Source: Bacteroidota bacterium (GTDB taxonomy: Bacteria; Bacteroidota; Bacteroidia; Flavobacteriales; Flavobacteriaceae). From it: a stretch of DNA of 64,000 nt. The notes under the pieces were generated by a model. That model did no database searches. It saw nothing but the letters and a program-made list of their open reading frames with translations, and was not told the origin of the DNA. The stretch spans positions 397-64,396 of the forward strand of contig JAEWJM010000011.1 in assembly GCA_023386585.1 (NCBI GenBank), in the 5' to 3' direction. Position 1 is the stretch's first letter, and each line of letters starts with the position of its first letter. This document shows positions 55,944 to 64,000 of this stretch, one piece after another. The translations under genes were made by a program, and so were the position numbers.

Positions 55944-56485
55944 CGTGCCGATGGCAATTTATTTTCTCCGCCGTAGCGTTCTACTTTTTCTTTTAAAATC
56001 ATTCTTGCTCGCGCCAGGTTTGATTTTGATGTGCCGGTTGTAATTCCCAGCATTTCTGCAATCTCTTTGTGCGCATAACCGTCGATCACATACAGGTTAA
56101 AAACCAATCGGTACCGGTCGGGAAGTTCCTGGATGATCTGCATCAGGAAATCGAGCGGAATTTGTTCATCATCGATTTCAATTTCGGGTTCATCCGGAAT
56201 ATTCTCATTATGTAGTTCCAAAAAACTGATTCCCCGATAGCGCTGGAGCACGTTGTTGATCATTATGCGCTTGATCCAGCCTTCAAAAGATCCCTTAAAA
56301 GTAAACTGCGAGATCTTGTCAAAAATGATCAGGAAGCCATCCTGCAGATTATCCTGCGCCTCGGCATAATTGCGCGAATACTTCAAGCATACCGCAAACA
56401 ATTTTGACGAAAATAATCTGTACAATTGTTCTTGAGCTTTCGTATCATTTTTTGTGCAACCCTTAATGAGCTCTTCTAAACTCAA
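55940..56485 (-). CDS. ECF (group IV) RNA polymerase sigma-70 factor
   Basis: Region 2 (DNLQDGFLIIF) and region 4 HTH (YAHKEIAEMLGITTGTSKSNLARAR). Confidence 0.9.
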   Translation of the reverse strand: MSLEELIKGCTKNDTKAQEQLYRLFSSKLFAVCLKYSRNYAEAQDNLQDGFLIIFDKISQFTFKGSFEGWIKRIMINNVLQRYRGISFLELHNENIPDEPEIEIDDEQIPLDFLMQIIQELPDRYRLVFNLYVIDGYAHKEIAEMLGITTGTSKSNLARARMILKEKVERYGGENKLPSAR

Positions 56486-56502
56486 GGCATCTTTTTTAAT
56501 TG

Positions 56503-56904
56503 TTATTCCGGAACTATCGCATCTGCTTCAATGAACGTATCAGTTCCGTCGGGTAACCTGTCATTCCAGAACCTGAAATGGTAAGTTCCTGGTTCTTTTG
56601 GACGAAAATTTAACGGTATTTCATAAACGGTTTCATCAAGCTGGCAATTATTCTGGTCAAGCTTTGCAAACTTCACGGCCACATTTCGCGTCATTTCATT
56701 GGCTTCGTAAAGAAAACCGTTGAACAAATAGCAGTCGGTTGGCCTTTTATACTTAATCATGATCTGGGATGTGCTGTCGACCTTATACGTCGATGCCATT
56801 GTGACGTCTTCTACGGTGGACAGATAAAATTGTGTTCCTTCATTGTCGCTCACACATGATGTCAGCGATACTCCAAACATTAGTAATAAACAAAACTTCT
56901 TCAT
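56503..56904 (-). CDS. Hypothetical lipoprotein
   Basis: Lipobox VSLTSC followed by VSDNEG. 133 aa. Lies 17 nt upstream of the sigma gene. Confidence 0.65.
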   Translation of the reverse strand: MKKFCLLLMFGVSLTSCVSDNEGTQFYLSTVEDVTMASTYKVDSTSQIMIKYKRPTDCYLFNGFLYEANEMTRNVAVKFAKLDQNNCQLDETVYEIPLNFRPKEPGTYHFRFWNDRLPDGTDTFIEADAIVPE

Positions 56905-56969
56905 TTTAATTTTGCAATTATTTAGGTGTAGACAAGATACAAAACGCTTGGAATGGTTGCGTGTGATGC

Positions 56970-56996
56970 AAAAAAAAACCCGGAAATTCCGGGCTG
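56970..56996 (-). terminator. Rho-independent terminator of recA
   Basis: CCCGGAAATTCCGGG palindromic hairpin followed on the minus strand by a 9-nt T-run. Confidence 0.7.
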
Positions 56997-57000
56997 TGTT

Positions 57001-58026
57001 TTATTCTTTTTCCTTAATCATGGTTTTGATCTTCATTTCGAGTTCATCGGCGAGTTCCGGATTGTCTTTTATCATGACCTTTACCGCATCTCGGCCTTGC
57101 CCAAGCCGTGTATCGCCGTAGCTGAACCACGATCCCGATTTTTTGATGATCTCGAACTCAACAGCAAGATCGAGGATTTCCCCTGTTTTCGAAACACCTT
57201 CGCCGTACATGATGTCGAATTCGGCAGTTTTAAACGGAGGAGCAACCTTGTTTTTCACCACTTTGACTTTCGTGCGGTTTCCGATTACATTATCACCTTC
57301 CTTGATTTGGGATGAACGGCGGATGTCCAAACGAACCGATGCGTAGAATTTCAGTGCGTTACCACCGGTTGTAGTTTCCGGGTTTCCAAACATGACTCCA
57401 ATTTTCTCCCTAAGCTGGTTGATAAAGAAAACGGTACAATTGGTCTTGCTGATCGTTCCGGTGAGTTTCCGAAGGGCTTGCGACATGAGCCTTGCGTGGA
57501 GTCCCATTTTCGAGTCGCCCATTTCGCCTTCGATTTCGCTCTTTGGCGTAAGCGCCGCAACCGAGTCGATCACTACAATATCAATCGCGCCGGAGCGGAT
57601 AAGATTTTCAGCAATTTCAAGCGCCTGCTCGCCATTGTCAGGCTGCGAAATGATCAGGTCTTCAATGTTTACGTTGAGTTTTTGGGCGTAGTTCCGGTCA
57701 AAGGCATGTTCAGCATCAATGAATGCGGCAATTCCGCCTGCTTTTTGAGCTTCGGATATCGCGTGCAGCGTCAACGTTGTTTTACCAGACGATTCCGGAC
57801 CGTATATTTCAATGATACGCCCTTTTGGATAGCCGTTCACACCAAGAGCGAGATCCAAACCAAGCGAACCTGACGAAATCGTTTCGACTTCCTCAACAGC
57901 CTTGTCACCCATTTTCATTACTGTTCCCTTGCCGTAAGTCTTGTCAAGTTTGTCAAGCGTAAGCTGTAACGCTTTCAGTTTCGCTTCTTTCTCTGAACTC
58001 ATTTTTTCCTGTAGTTTGATAGCCAT
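57001..58026 (-). CDS. recA: Recombinase RecA
   Basis: GPESSGKTT Walker A and end-to-end RecA conservation. Confidence 0.97.
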   Translation of the reverse strand: MAIKLQEKMSSEKEAKLKALQLTLDKLDKTYGKGTVMKMGDKAVEEVETISSGSLGLDLALGVNGYPKGRIIEIYGPESSGKTTLTLHAISEAQKAGGIAAFIDAEHAFDRNYAQKLNVNIEDLIISQPDNGEQALEIAENLIRSGAIDIVVIDSVAALTPKSEIEGEMGDSKMGLHARLMSQALRKLTGTISKTNCTVFFINQLREKIGVMFGNPETTTGGNALKFYASVRLDIRRSSQIKEGDNVIGNRTKVKVVKNKVAPPFKTAEFDIMYGEGVSKTGEILDLAVEFEIIKKSGSWFSYGDTRLGQGRDAVKVMIKDNPELADELEMKIKTMIKEKE

Positions 58027-58062
58027 TATTTATGCGTAAAAATACGTTGTTTTTATAGTACA

Positions 58063-58070
58063 CAAACATA
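58063..58070 (-). promoter_or_regulatory. -7 box TATGTTTG for recA
   Basis: Exact minus-strand match 36 nt upstream of ATG 58026. Confidence 0.45.
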
Positions 58071-58203
58071 TCGTATTTTATTAAATCCTTTGCATGGTAA
58101 TACCGCAATAATTGTTAAATTTAAACAGCGGAAACGGAATCGGAAAGATACAAAGGCGCAGCTTAAGATGCATTTCATTGGCTTCCGGTATGGGTATTTT
58201 TCC

Positions 58204-58211
58204 TATTTTTG
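58204..58211 (+). promoter_or_regulatory. -7 box TATTTTTG
   Basis: Exact match 16 nt before ATG 58228. It lies inside the 5' extension of the track ORF. Confidence 0.45.
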
Positions 58212-58227
58212 CAAACATTTTCAGGTC

Positions 58228-58962
58228 ATGCAGAAATTGGTTTCCTACCCGCTTTCATTGATTGCGTTAGTATTGTTCCTGTTGGTGCTGGTCGTGTTCC
58301 ATCCGATCCAGTACATTTGCTTTAACCTGTTCGGTTACCAGGCGCACAAGAAAAGTGTAGATTATCTGAATCTGTGCCTGCTTCGGATCGGGCATATCGT
58401 AGGAACGACCTATCGCGTGTCAGGAAGGCACCTGATCCCGGAAGGAACGCCGGTTATATTTGTTGCAAATCACCAGAGCCTGTACGATATCGTCGGGATC
58501 ATCTGGTTCATGAGAAGGTTCCATCCCAAATTTGTCAGCAAAGCTGAACTTGGAAATGGAATCCCCAGCGTTTCGTATAACCTGCGCCACGGCGGATCGG
58601 TTTTAATCGACAGGAAAGATCCGAAACAGGCGCTTCCTGCAATAAAGAAGCTGGCCGAATATATTGAACAACACCGGCGGTCAGCAGTCATTTTTCCGGA
58701 AGGAACGCGGAGCAAAAATGGCAAACCGAAGGAATTCGCGCAGAGCGGATTAAAAATTCTCTGCAAATTTGCACCATCGGCATGCGTGGTGCCAATAAGT
58801 ATAAATAATTCCTGGAAAGTAGTGCGCTACGGCATTTTTCCGCTCGGATTGGGGAATCACGTAACCTTTACGGTTCATCCGCCCCTGTTTGTAAAGGAAA
58901 TGTCTTTTGAAACGCTGATGCAGCAGACCGAAAAGGCAGTCGTAGACGGAATAAAATTTTAA
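58228..58962 (+). CDS. Lysophospholipid acyltransferase (PlsC family), second copy
   Basis: NHQSLYD (HX4D) and FPEGTRS. Confidence 0.85.
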   Translation: MQKLVSYPLSLIALVLFLLVLVVFHPIQYICFNLFGYQAHKKSVDYLNLCLLRIGHIVGTTYRVSGRHLIPEGTPVIFVANHQSLYDIVGIIWFMRRFHPKFVSKAELGNGIPSVSYNLRHGGSVLIDRKDPKQALPAIKKLAEYIEQHRRSAVIFPEGTRSKNGKPKEFAQSGLKILCKFAPSACVVPISINNSWKVVRYGIFPLGLGNHVTFTVHPPLFVKEMSFETLMQQTEKAVVDGIKF

Positions 58963-58972
58963 TAAATAGTAA

Positions 58973-59956
58973 ATGTCTCAAAAAAACATACGTCTCGAAG
59001 TAATGCAGTTCATCGAAAAAGACATTGATGCTTTCGTTGACGAATATCTTATCCCAATTGATACGATCTGGCAGCCGTCGGATTTTTTACCCAATTCTGA
59101 AGCGGAATCTTTCTTCGATGAGGTGAAGGAACTCCGTGAAATTGCCAAAGGCCTGCCGTATGACTTTTGGGTCGTCCTCGTTGGTGATACAATTACCGAA
59201 GAGGCACTGCCAACATACGAATCTTGGCTGATGACAGTAGAAGGTGTCGACCAGATCCAGGAAAACGGATGGTCAAAATGGGTCAGGAACTGGACCAGCG
59301 AAGAAAACCGCCACGGCGACCTTCTAAATAAGTACCTGTACCTTTCGGGCCGGGTTAATATGCGCGAGGTTGAGGTTACCACCCAACATCTTTTGGCTGA
59401 TGGATTTGATATCGGAACAGGAACCGATCCGTACAAAAACTTTGTCTATACCAGTTTCCAGGAATTGGCGACCTATATTTCGCACAACCGGGTGTCACAG
59501 CTTGCCAGGAATTATGGAGATAAAAAACTTTCAAAACTCTGCAAGATGATTGCAGGCGACGAAATGCGCCACCATCACGCGTACAGTGAATTCGTAAACA
59601 AAATCTTCCAGGTCGATCCAAGTGAAATGATGCTTGCCTTTCAGTACATGATGAAGCGCAAGATCGTAATGCCCGCCCAGTTCCTTCGTGAATCGGGTGA
59701 AAAGGTCGGCGCGGCTTTCGAGCAATTCTCAGATTCGGCGCAGCGAATTGGCGTTTACACCGCTTTGGATTACGTCGAAATCATGCAAAAACTCATTGCG
59801 CGCTGGAATATCGACAAAGTGACCAATCTGACCGGCGAGGCAGAAAAGGCACGCGACTTCCTGATGAACCTTCCGGCACGGATGCTTCGTATTTCCGAGC
59901 GGATCGTTATTCCGCAGGAGTCGCATCACTTCAAATGGGTTGAGCCTGCGCGTTAA
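58973..59956 (+). CDS. Soluble diiron acyl-ACP desaturase
   Basis: EENRHGDLLNKYLYLSGRV and AGDEMRHHHAY (two E-x-x-H diiron motifs). Confidence 0.85.
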   Translation: MSQKNIRLEVMQFIEKDIDAFVDEYLIPIDTIWQPSDFLPNSEAESFFDEVKELREIAKGLPYDFWVVLVGDTITEEALPTYESWLMTVEGVDQIQENGWSKWVRNWTSEENRHGDLLNKYLYLSGRVNMREVEVTTQHLLADGFDIGTGTDPYKNFVYTSFQELATYISHNRVSQLARNYGDKKLSKLCKMIAGDEMRHHHAYSEFVNKIFQVDPSEMMLAFQYMMKRKIVMPAQFLRESGEKVGAAFEQFSDSAQRIGVYTALDYVEIMQKLIARWNIDKVTNLTGEAEKARDFLMNLPARMLRISERIVIPQESHHFKWVEPAR

Positions 59957-59960
59957 GAAA

Positions 59961-60614
59961 ATGACTATCGAAAATCCGTTAATCAGCGAAACTGCCGAGT
60001 TCGTGAAGTCGGCTCTTGTAGGCGCGGAAGGCGGACACGACTGGTTTCACATTGAGCGTGTCTGGAAAAACGCATTGCTCATTGCCAAAAATGAAGAATG
60101 TGATTTTCGTGTTGTTGAGCTGGCGGCGCTATTGCACGATATTGCCGACAGTAAATTCCACAATGGCGACGAAGCGATCGGGCCGGAAACAGCAAGAAAA
60201 TTCCTTCAGTCGCGGGTTGATCCGCAAACCGCTTCGCATGTGGTAAAGATCATCGAAAATATATCTTTCAAGGGCGGAAATTTCGCCAACTCGTTCCATT
60301 CAATTGAACTCGACATTGTGCGCGATGCGGATCGTCTCGATGCAATCGGTGCCATCGGAATTGCACGCGCCTTCAATTACGGCGGATTCAAAGGCCGATG
60401 CCTTTACGATCCTGCAATTGCACCAAACCTGACAATGTCGAAGGAAGAATATAAGAAATCAGAGGCGCCGACAATCAATCATTTTTATGAGAAATTGCTA
60501 CTGCTAAAGGATAAGATGGCGACAAAAACCGGTCGCGCGATTGCCGAAAAAAGGCACCTTTTTATGGATGCCTTTCTGAAGGAGTTTTATGCCGAATGGG
60601 ATGGTGACGCCTGA
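59961..60614 (+). CDS. HD-domain phosphohydrolase
   Basis: HDWFHIERV, LLHDIAD, DRLDAIGAIGIARAF. Confidence 0.85.
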   Translation: MTIENPLISETAEFVKSALVGAEGGHDWFHIERVWKNALLIAKNEECDFRVVELAALLHDIADSKFHNGDEAIGPETARKFLQSRVDPQTASHVVKIIENISFKGGNFANSFHSIELDIVRDADRLDAIGAIGIARAFNYGGFKGRCLYDPAIAPNLTMSKEEYKKSEAPTINHFYEKLLLLKDKMATKTGRAIAEKRHLFMDAFLKEFYAEWDGDA

Positions 60615-61396
60615 TTCTTTCCGGTGAATACGGCTTTTCTCTTTTCCATGAACGCCGAAGTTCCTTCCTTGAAATCGTTGGTGCCGAAGCAATATCCAAA
60701 CGCTTTGATCTCTGTTTTATAGCCGTCAACGCCATCTTCAAAATTTGCATTGACCGCCTGGATTGCCATTCCGATCGCAATTGGTGAATTGCGCATGATC
60801 TTTTTGGCAATGCCGTAGCAAAAGTCGAGCAATGCCGACTGATCGACCACATGGTTTACCAATCCGAAAGAGTTTGCCTCTGCAGCCGAAATCATTCCGG
60901 CGGTCAGGATCATTTCAAGTGCGCGGCCTTTTCCAACCAATTGTGGAAGCCGTTGCGTCCCGCCATAACCCGGAATTACACCCAATGAAACTTCAGGCAA
61001 GCCCATTTTTGCATTTTCCGAAGCCACGCGAATGTGGCACGCCATCGCAAGCTCAAGTCCACCGCCAAGCGCGAAACCGTTAATCGCCGCAATGATCGGC
61101 GTAGTCATATTTTCGATAAAGTTGAACAGCAGACGTTGTCCATCGGCGGCAAGTTGAGCGCCTTCTTCAACAGAAAAGTCGGCAAATTCAGCGATGTCAG
61201 CGCCGGCAACAAACGCTTTTTCGCCACTGCCGGTAATTACGATTGCCCGAACCGAATGATCGTCTTCAAGAGATTCCAATCCGTCGCGAAGTTCGCGGAT
61301 CGTGAATTTGTTCAGGGCATTTAATTTTTCGGGACGATTGATCGTAACTGTTGCAATTCCCTCAATTGTGGTGATCAGTATATTTTCGTAGCTCAT
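60587..61396 (-). CDS. Enoyl-CoA hydratase/isomerase (crotonase family)
   Basis: AIVITGSGEKAFVAGADI and GFALGGGLELAMACHIRVAS. The 3' end overlaps the HD gene by 28 nt. Confidence 0.9.
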   Translation of the reverse strand: MSYENILITTIEGIATVTINRPEKLNALNKFTIRELRDGLESLEDDHSVRAIVITGSGEKAFVAGADIAEFADFSVEEGAQLAADGQRLLFNFIENMTTPIIAAINGFALGGGLELAMACHIRVASENAKMGLPEVSLGVIPGYGGTQRLPQLVGKGRALEMILTAGMISAAEANSFGLVNHVVDQSALLDFCYGIAKKIMRNSPIAIGMAIQAVNANFEDGVDGYKTEIKAFGYCFGTNDFKEGTSAFMEKRKAVFTGKNQASPSHSA

Positions 61397-61397
61397 C

Positions 61398-62867
61398 TTA
61401 TTGGTTTATTATCGGAAGGCAGACCGTAAAAGTGGTGCCTTTTCCGTATTGTGTTTCAAAAGTAATTGTTCCTTTATAATTTTCGATAATATTTTTTATA
61501 ATTCCCAACCCAAGACCCATTCCGCTCGATTTCGTAGTAAATTTCGGCTCAAAGATGTGATTCACGTATTGCGGCTCGATTCCAGACCCATTATCCGAAA
61601 CTACGATCAACACATTGTTTTCCCTTTTTCGGATCGAAACCACAACCGATTTCTCAGGCTGCTCTGCCGGAATCGCCTGAATCGCGTTTTTAACCAGATT
61701 TGTAATGATGCGAATCAGTTGCGTGCGGTCCATCTTGGAAATGATTTCCGTTTCCTCGCTTTCAAAATGTATAAAATCCTCATTGAAAATATCGAGCGCC
61801 AGGTCAACCACATTCACCACATTCAGGTTTTCATTTTGTTGCGCGGGCATTGACGCGAAGTTTGAAAATGCCGACGCCACCGCGCTCATCGTGTCAATTT
61901 GCTGAATCAACGTGTTTGAATAATCGCTGAGCTTTTGTTTCAGGTTCGGATCGTTCGGGTCGAATTTTCGCTGGAAATTCTGCACGGTTAGCCGCATCGG
62001 CGTCAGCGGGTTTTTTATTTCGTGCGCTACTTGTTTTGCCATTTCGCGCCAGGCTTCCTCACGCTCGCTCTGCGCAAGTTTGATCGCACTTTCTTCCAGT
62101 TCATCAACCATTTGGTTGTAGGCTTTGATCAACAGATTGATCTCTTTGCTGTTCGCCTTCAGGACGATCTTTTCGTTTTTCTGGTTCAAGCTGGTTTCGG
62201 TAATCTTATCGGAAATTGTCTTCAGCGATTGGGTTATATAGGTCGAAAGCAGATAAGCCAGCCCAAACGCAATGATCAGCATAAACGAATACACTTGTCC
62301 AAGCCGAATCAGGAAATTTCGCAATTCATTTTCGTAAAACCCGTCGTCTTCAACATACGGAAGGTTCAGGATTCCCAGGGGCTTGAACTTATCGTCCTTG
62401 ATTTGGCTGTACGAAGACCGGTTTTTTCGTCCGTCGATTGTGCGAATGTCAACGTAGCGCTTTTCGATCGACGATTGCACCAGTTTTAAAATGTAGGGCG
62501 GGATTGGCGGCGCGATGCTGTCGACGGAAAACGACGCTTTTGAAGATTTCAGCAATTTGCCGTCGAGTCCGTAAATATTGATTTCCAGATTATGGATGTC
62601 GGCCAGCTCATAGATTCGGTCTTTAAAGATCAGCGGCAGGTTTTCAGTCGTCAGCGGATAGGTTGTGGTCGAAAGGATATAGTTAATGTGTTCCTTTATC
62701 GCGTTTTCCTTATTTTCAAGGCGTTGCTGATGGTATTCCTTTGCCTCGCTTTTGAATTGTATAATCGAAATCGACGCCAGCAACACCGATGCGATCAGGA
62801 TCAGGACGATCATCGAAAGGAAAATCCTGATTCGCAGTGAAAGCCTCGATACCCTGTAGGTTTGCAT
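61398..62867 (-). CDS. Sensor histidine kinase (two TM helices, HAMP, HisKA, HATPase_c; NtrY-like H-box)
   Basis: VAHEIKNPLTPM, NLVKNAIQA, VSDNGSGI, GMGLGLGI. Confidence 0.9.
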   Translation of the reverse strand: MQTYRVSRLSLRIRIFLSMIVLILIASVLLASISIIQFKSEAKEYHQQRLENKENAIKEHINYILSTTTYPLTTENLPLIFKDRIYELADIHNLEINIYGLDGKLLKSSKASFSVDSIAPPIPPYILKLVQSSIEKRYVDIRTIDGRKNRSSYSQIKDDKFKPLGILNLPYVEDDGFYENELRNFLIRLGQVYSFMLIIAFGLAYLLSTYITQSLKTISDKITETSLNQKNEKIVLKANSKEINLLIKAYNQMVDELEESAIKLAQSEREEAWREMAKQVAHEIKNPLTPMRLTVQNFQRKFDPNDPNLKQKLSDYSNTLIQQIDTMSAVASAFSNFASMPAQQNENLNVVNVVDLALDIFNEDFIHFESEETEIISKMDRTQLIRIITNLVKNAIQAIPAEQPEKSVVVSIRKRENNVLIVVSDNGSGIEPQYVNHIFEPKFTTKSSGMGLGLGIIKNIIENYKGTITFETQYGKGTTFTVCLPIINQ

Positions 62868-63424
62868 CAGCTATTGTTTTTTGCCCGCACGTTTTTATAA
62901 AACCTAAAGCCAAGCATGAGCAGAACCGAAAAGCTAATGATGCCTGCCAGTCCGTACATCCAATCGATCGCACTTTTCAGGATTACCAAAAAGACGACTG
63001 CAAACAGGATTATTGTCGCGCCTTCGTTCCAGAGCCGCATATAATTCGACGAATATTTAACTTCGCCGCGTTGGAGCTGAAGGAATATCCGGTGACATTG
63101 CCAGTGATAAAGGTAAAGCAGGAACACGAAGCAAAGTTTGACGTGCATCCACGCCATTGAAAGCCAAGCGTTGCCAGTTGCGGTGCCAAAAATCATCAGG
63201 AATGCAAAAATACTTGCCAAAACTGCCGATGGCCAGGTGATAATATACCAAAGCCGGTAGGACATCAGGTTGAATTGCTTCTGGAGGATTTCCTTTTCAG
63301 GCGACGGTTTGGCGGCCGCTTCGATTTGGTACACAAAAAGCCGAACGATATAAAAAAGCCCTGCGAACCACGTTATCACAAAGATCAGGTGCAGGGATTT
63401 CAGGTAATTGTAATATTGATCCAT
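62867..63424 (-). CDS. hemJ: Protoporphyrinogen IX oxidase HemJ
   Basis: YLKSLHLIFVITWFAGLFYIVRLFVY is the HemJ/UPF0093 signature. Four to five TM helices. Next to hemH. Confidence 0.8.
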   Translation of the reverse strand: MDQYYNYLKSLHLIFVITWFAGLFYIVRLFVYQIEAAAKPSPEKEILQKQFNLMSYRLWYIITWPSAVLASIFAFLMIFGTATGNAWLSMAWMHVKLCFVFLLYLYHWQCHRIFLQLQRGEVKYSSNYMRLWNEGATIILFAVVFLVILKSAIDWMYGLAGIISFSVLLMLGFRFYKNVRAKNNS

Positions 63425-63451
63425 CGCGGTCGGTTAAGGGAAACCCTTTAC

Positions 63452-63459
63452 CAAAAATA
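63452..63459 (-). promoter_or_regulatory. -7 box TATTTTTG for hemJ
   Basis: Exact minus-strand match 27 nt upstream of ATG 63424. Confidence 0.4.
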
Positions 63460-63470
63460 GGAATTATTTG

Positions 63471-64000
63471 TCAGACCGCGCCGACGGTATTTCCCGCCTC
63501 GGCCCATTCCTTGATCCAGCCGGCAAGCGTCTCCACCCAATCGTCATTGTCGTTCAGGCACGGAATCGCCAGAAATTCTTCACCGCCATGAGCCTTGAAC
63601 TGGTGATTGGCCTCCATTGCGATTTCCTCAAGCGTTTCGAGACAGTCGGCAACAAAAGCCGGAGTTACCACGGCAAGTTTCCTGATTCCTTTGTCAGGCA
63701 TTTTATTGATCTCGATATCAGTGTATGGTTCAAGCCACTTGTCGCCGGCAAGGCGCGACTGGAACGATTGGCTGTATTTTCCTTCGGGAATTCCAAGGAG
63801 TTCAACAACCTGCCGTGTGGTTTCAAAGCATTGGTGTCGGTAGCAAAATTCGTGTGCGGGCGATGGTGTGCTGCAGCAGGTGCCGTCAATTCTGCAGTGT
63901 GATTTGGTGATGTCCGTTTTTCGGATGTGCCGCTCCGGAATGCCGTGGTATGAAAAAAGCAGGTGGTCGTAATCGAACCCTTTCAGATGGTGCGCAATAG
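63471..64000 (-). CDS. hemH: Ferrochelatase, C-terminal part (N-terminus lies beyond the right window edge)
   Basis: My translation upstream of the track ORF stays open to nt 64000: ...LLFSYHGIPERH...CRIDGTCCSTPSPAHEFCYRHQC...KLAVVTPAFVADCLETLEEI. Confidence 0.9.
   Translation of the reverse strand, partial: IAHHLKGFDYDHLLFSYHGIPERHIRKTDITKSHCRIDGTCCSTPSPAHEFCYRHQCFETTRQVVELLGIPEGKYSQSFQSRLAGDKWLEPYTDIEINKMPDKGIRKLAVVTPAFVADCLETLEEIAMEANHQFKAHGGEEFLAIPCLNDNDDWVETLAGWIKEWAEAGNTVGAV

Noticed and set aside
58027-58090. Search for an SOS (LexA-type) operator palindrome upstream of recA
   Set aside because: I found no convincing palindrome of the GAAC-N4-GTTC or CTGT-N8-ACAG type. Only the -7 box is clear.
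60587-60614. C-terminal tail of the enoyl-CoA hydratase (…GKNQASPSHSA) overlapping the HD gene, considered as a frameshift or pseudogene sign
   Set aside because: The crotonase core is intact to its usual end, and the extra 9-10 residues simply run to the next stop. There is no internal stop or frame break, so the gene is treated as intact.

Overview
This window looks like a chromosomal segment of a Bacteroidota genome, probably Flavobacteriia-like. Three things point that way: the gene content (SprE/PorW, T9SS C-terminal sorting domain, atpBEFHAG without atpDC, TPR-DUF4292-EnvC-like cluster), the tight gene packing, and a TAnnTTTG -7 box in front of most transcription units. I call about 60 protein genes. 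I saw no rRNA, tRNA, CRISPR array, transposase or integrase. Layout: (1) 1-5.2 kb holds two tandem giant secreted CotH-family proteins. (2) 5.5-24.5 kb is a five-block mosaic surface-glycan locus. It contains a Gtr-like GT2 plus GT-C module, two methyltransferases, an acetyltransferase, Wzx, two Wzy_C-family proteins, three GT4 enzymes, two 2-epimerases, UDP-xylose synthase, an initiating phosphoglycosyl transferase and a PaaK/CapK-like adenylating enzyme. (3) 24.6-33 kb is housekeeping: purD, upp, DUF4254 plus GT9, a reductase and an ABC pair. (4) 33-42.7 kb holds sprE-bactofilin-atpZ followed by the F-ATPase operon. That operon carries an extra secreted-protein ORF between atpH and atpA and a heptad-built hairpin between atpA and atpG. 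(5) 42.7-64 kb is housekeeping: dut, the EnvC-like cluster, dprA, trpS, recA, two acyltransferases, a soluble acyl-ACP desaturase, an ECF sigma module, an orphan histidine kinase and hemJ-hemH. The best candidates for new biology are the ORF inserted in the atp operon, the ECF-sigma partner that fuses an inner-membrane anchor to an outer-membrane beta-barrel, the tandem exported CotH proteins, the sprE-bactofilin-atpZ linkage, and the adenylating-enzyme sub-operon in the glycan locus. All family assignments rest on motif and pattern recognition by eye; no searches were run.
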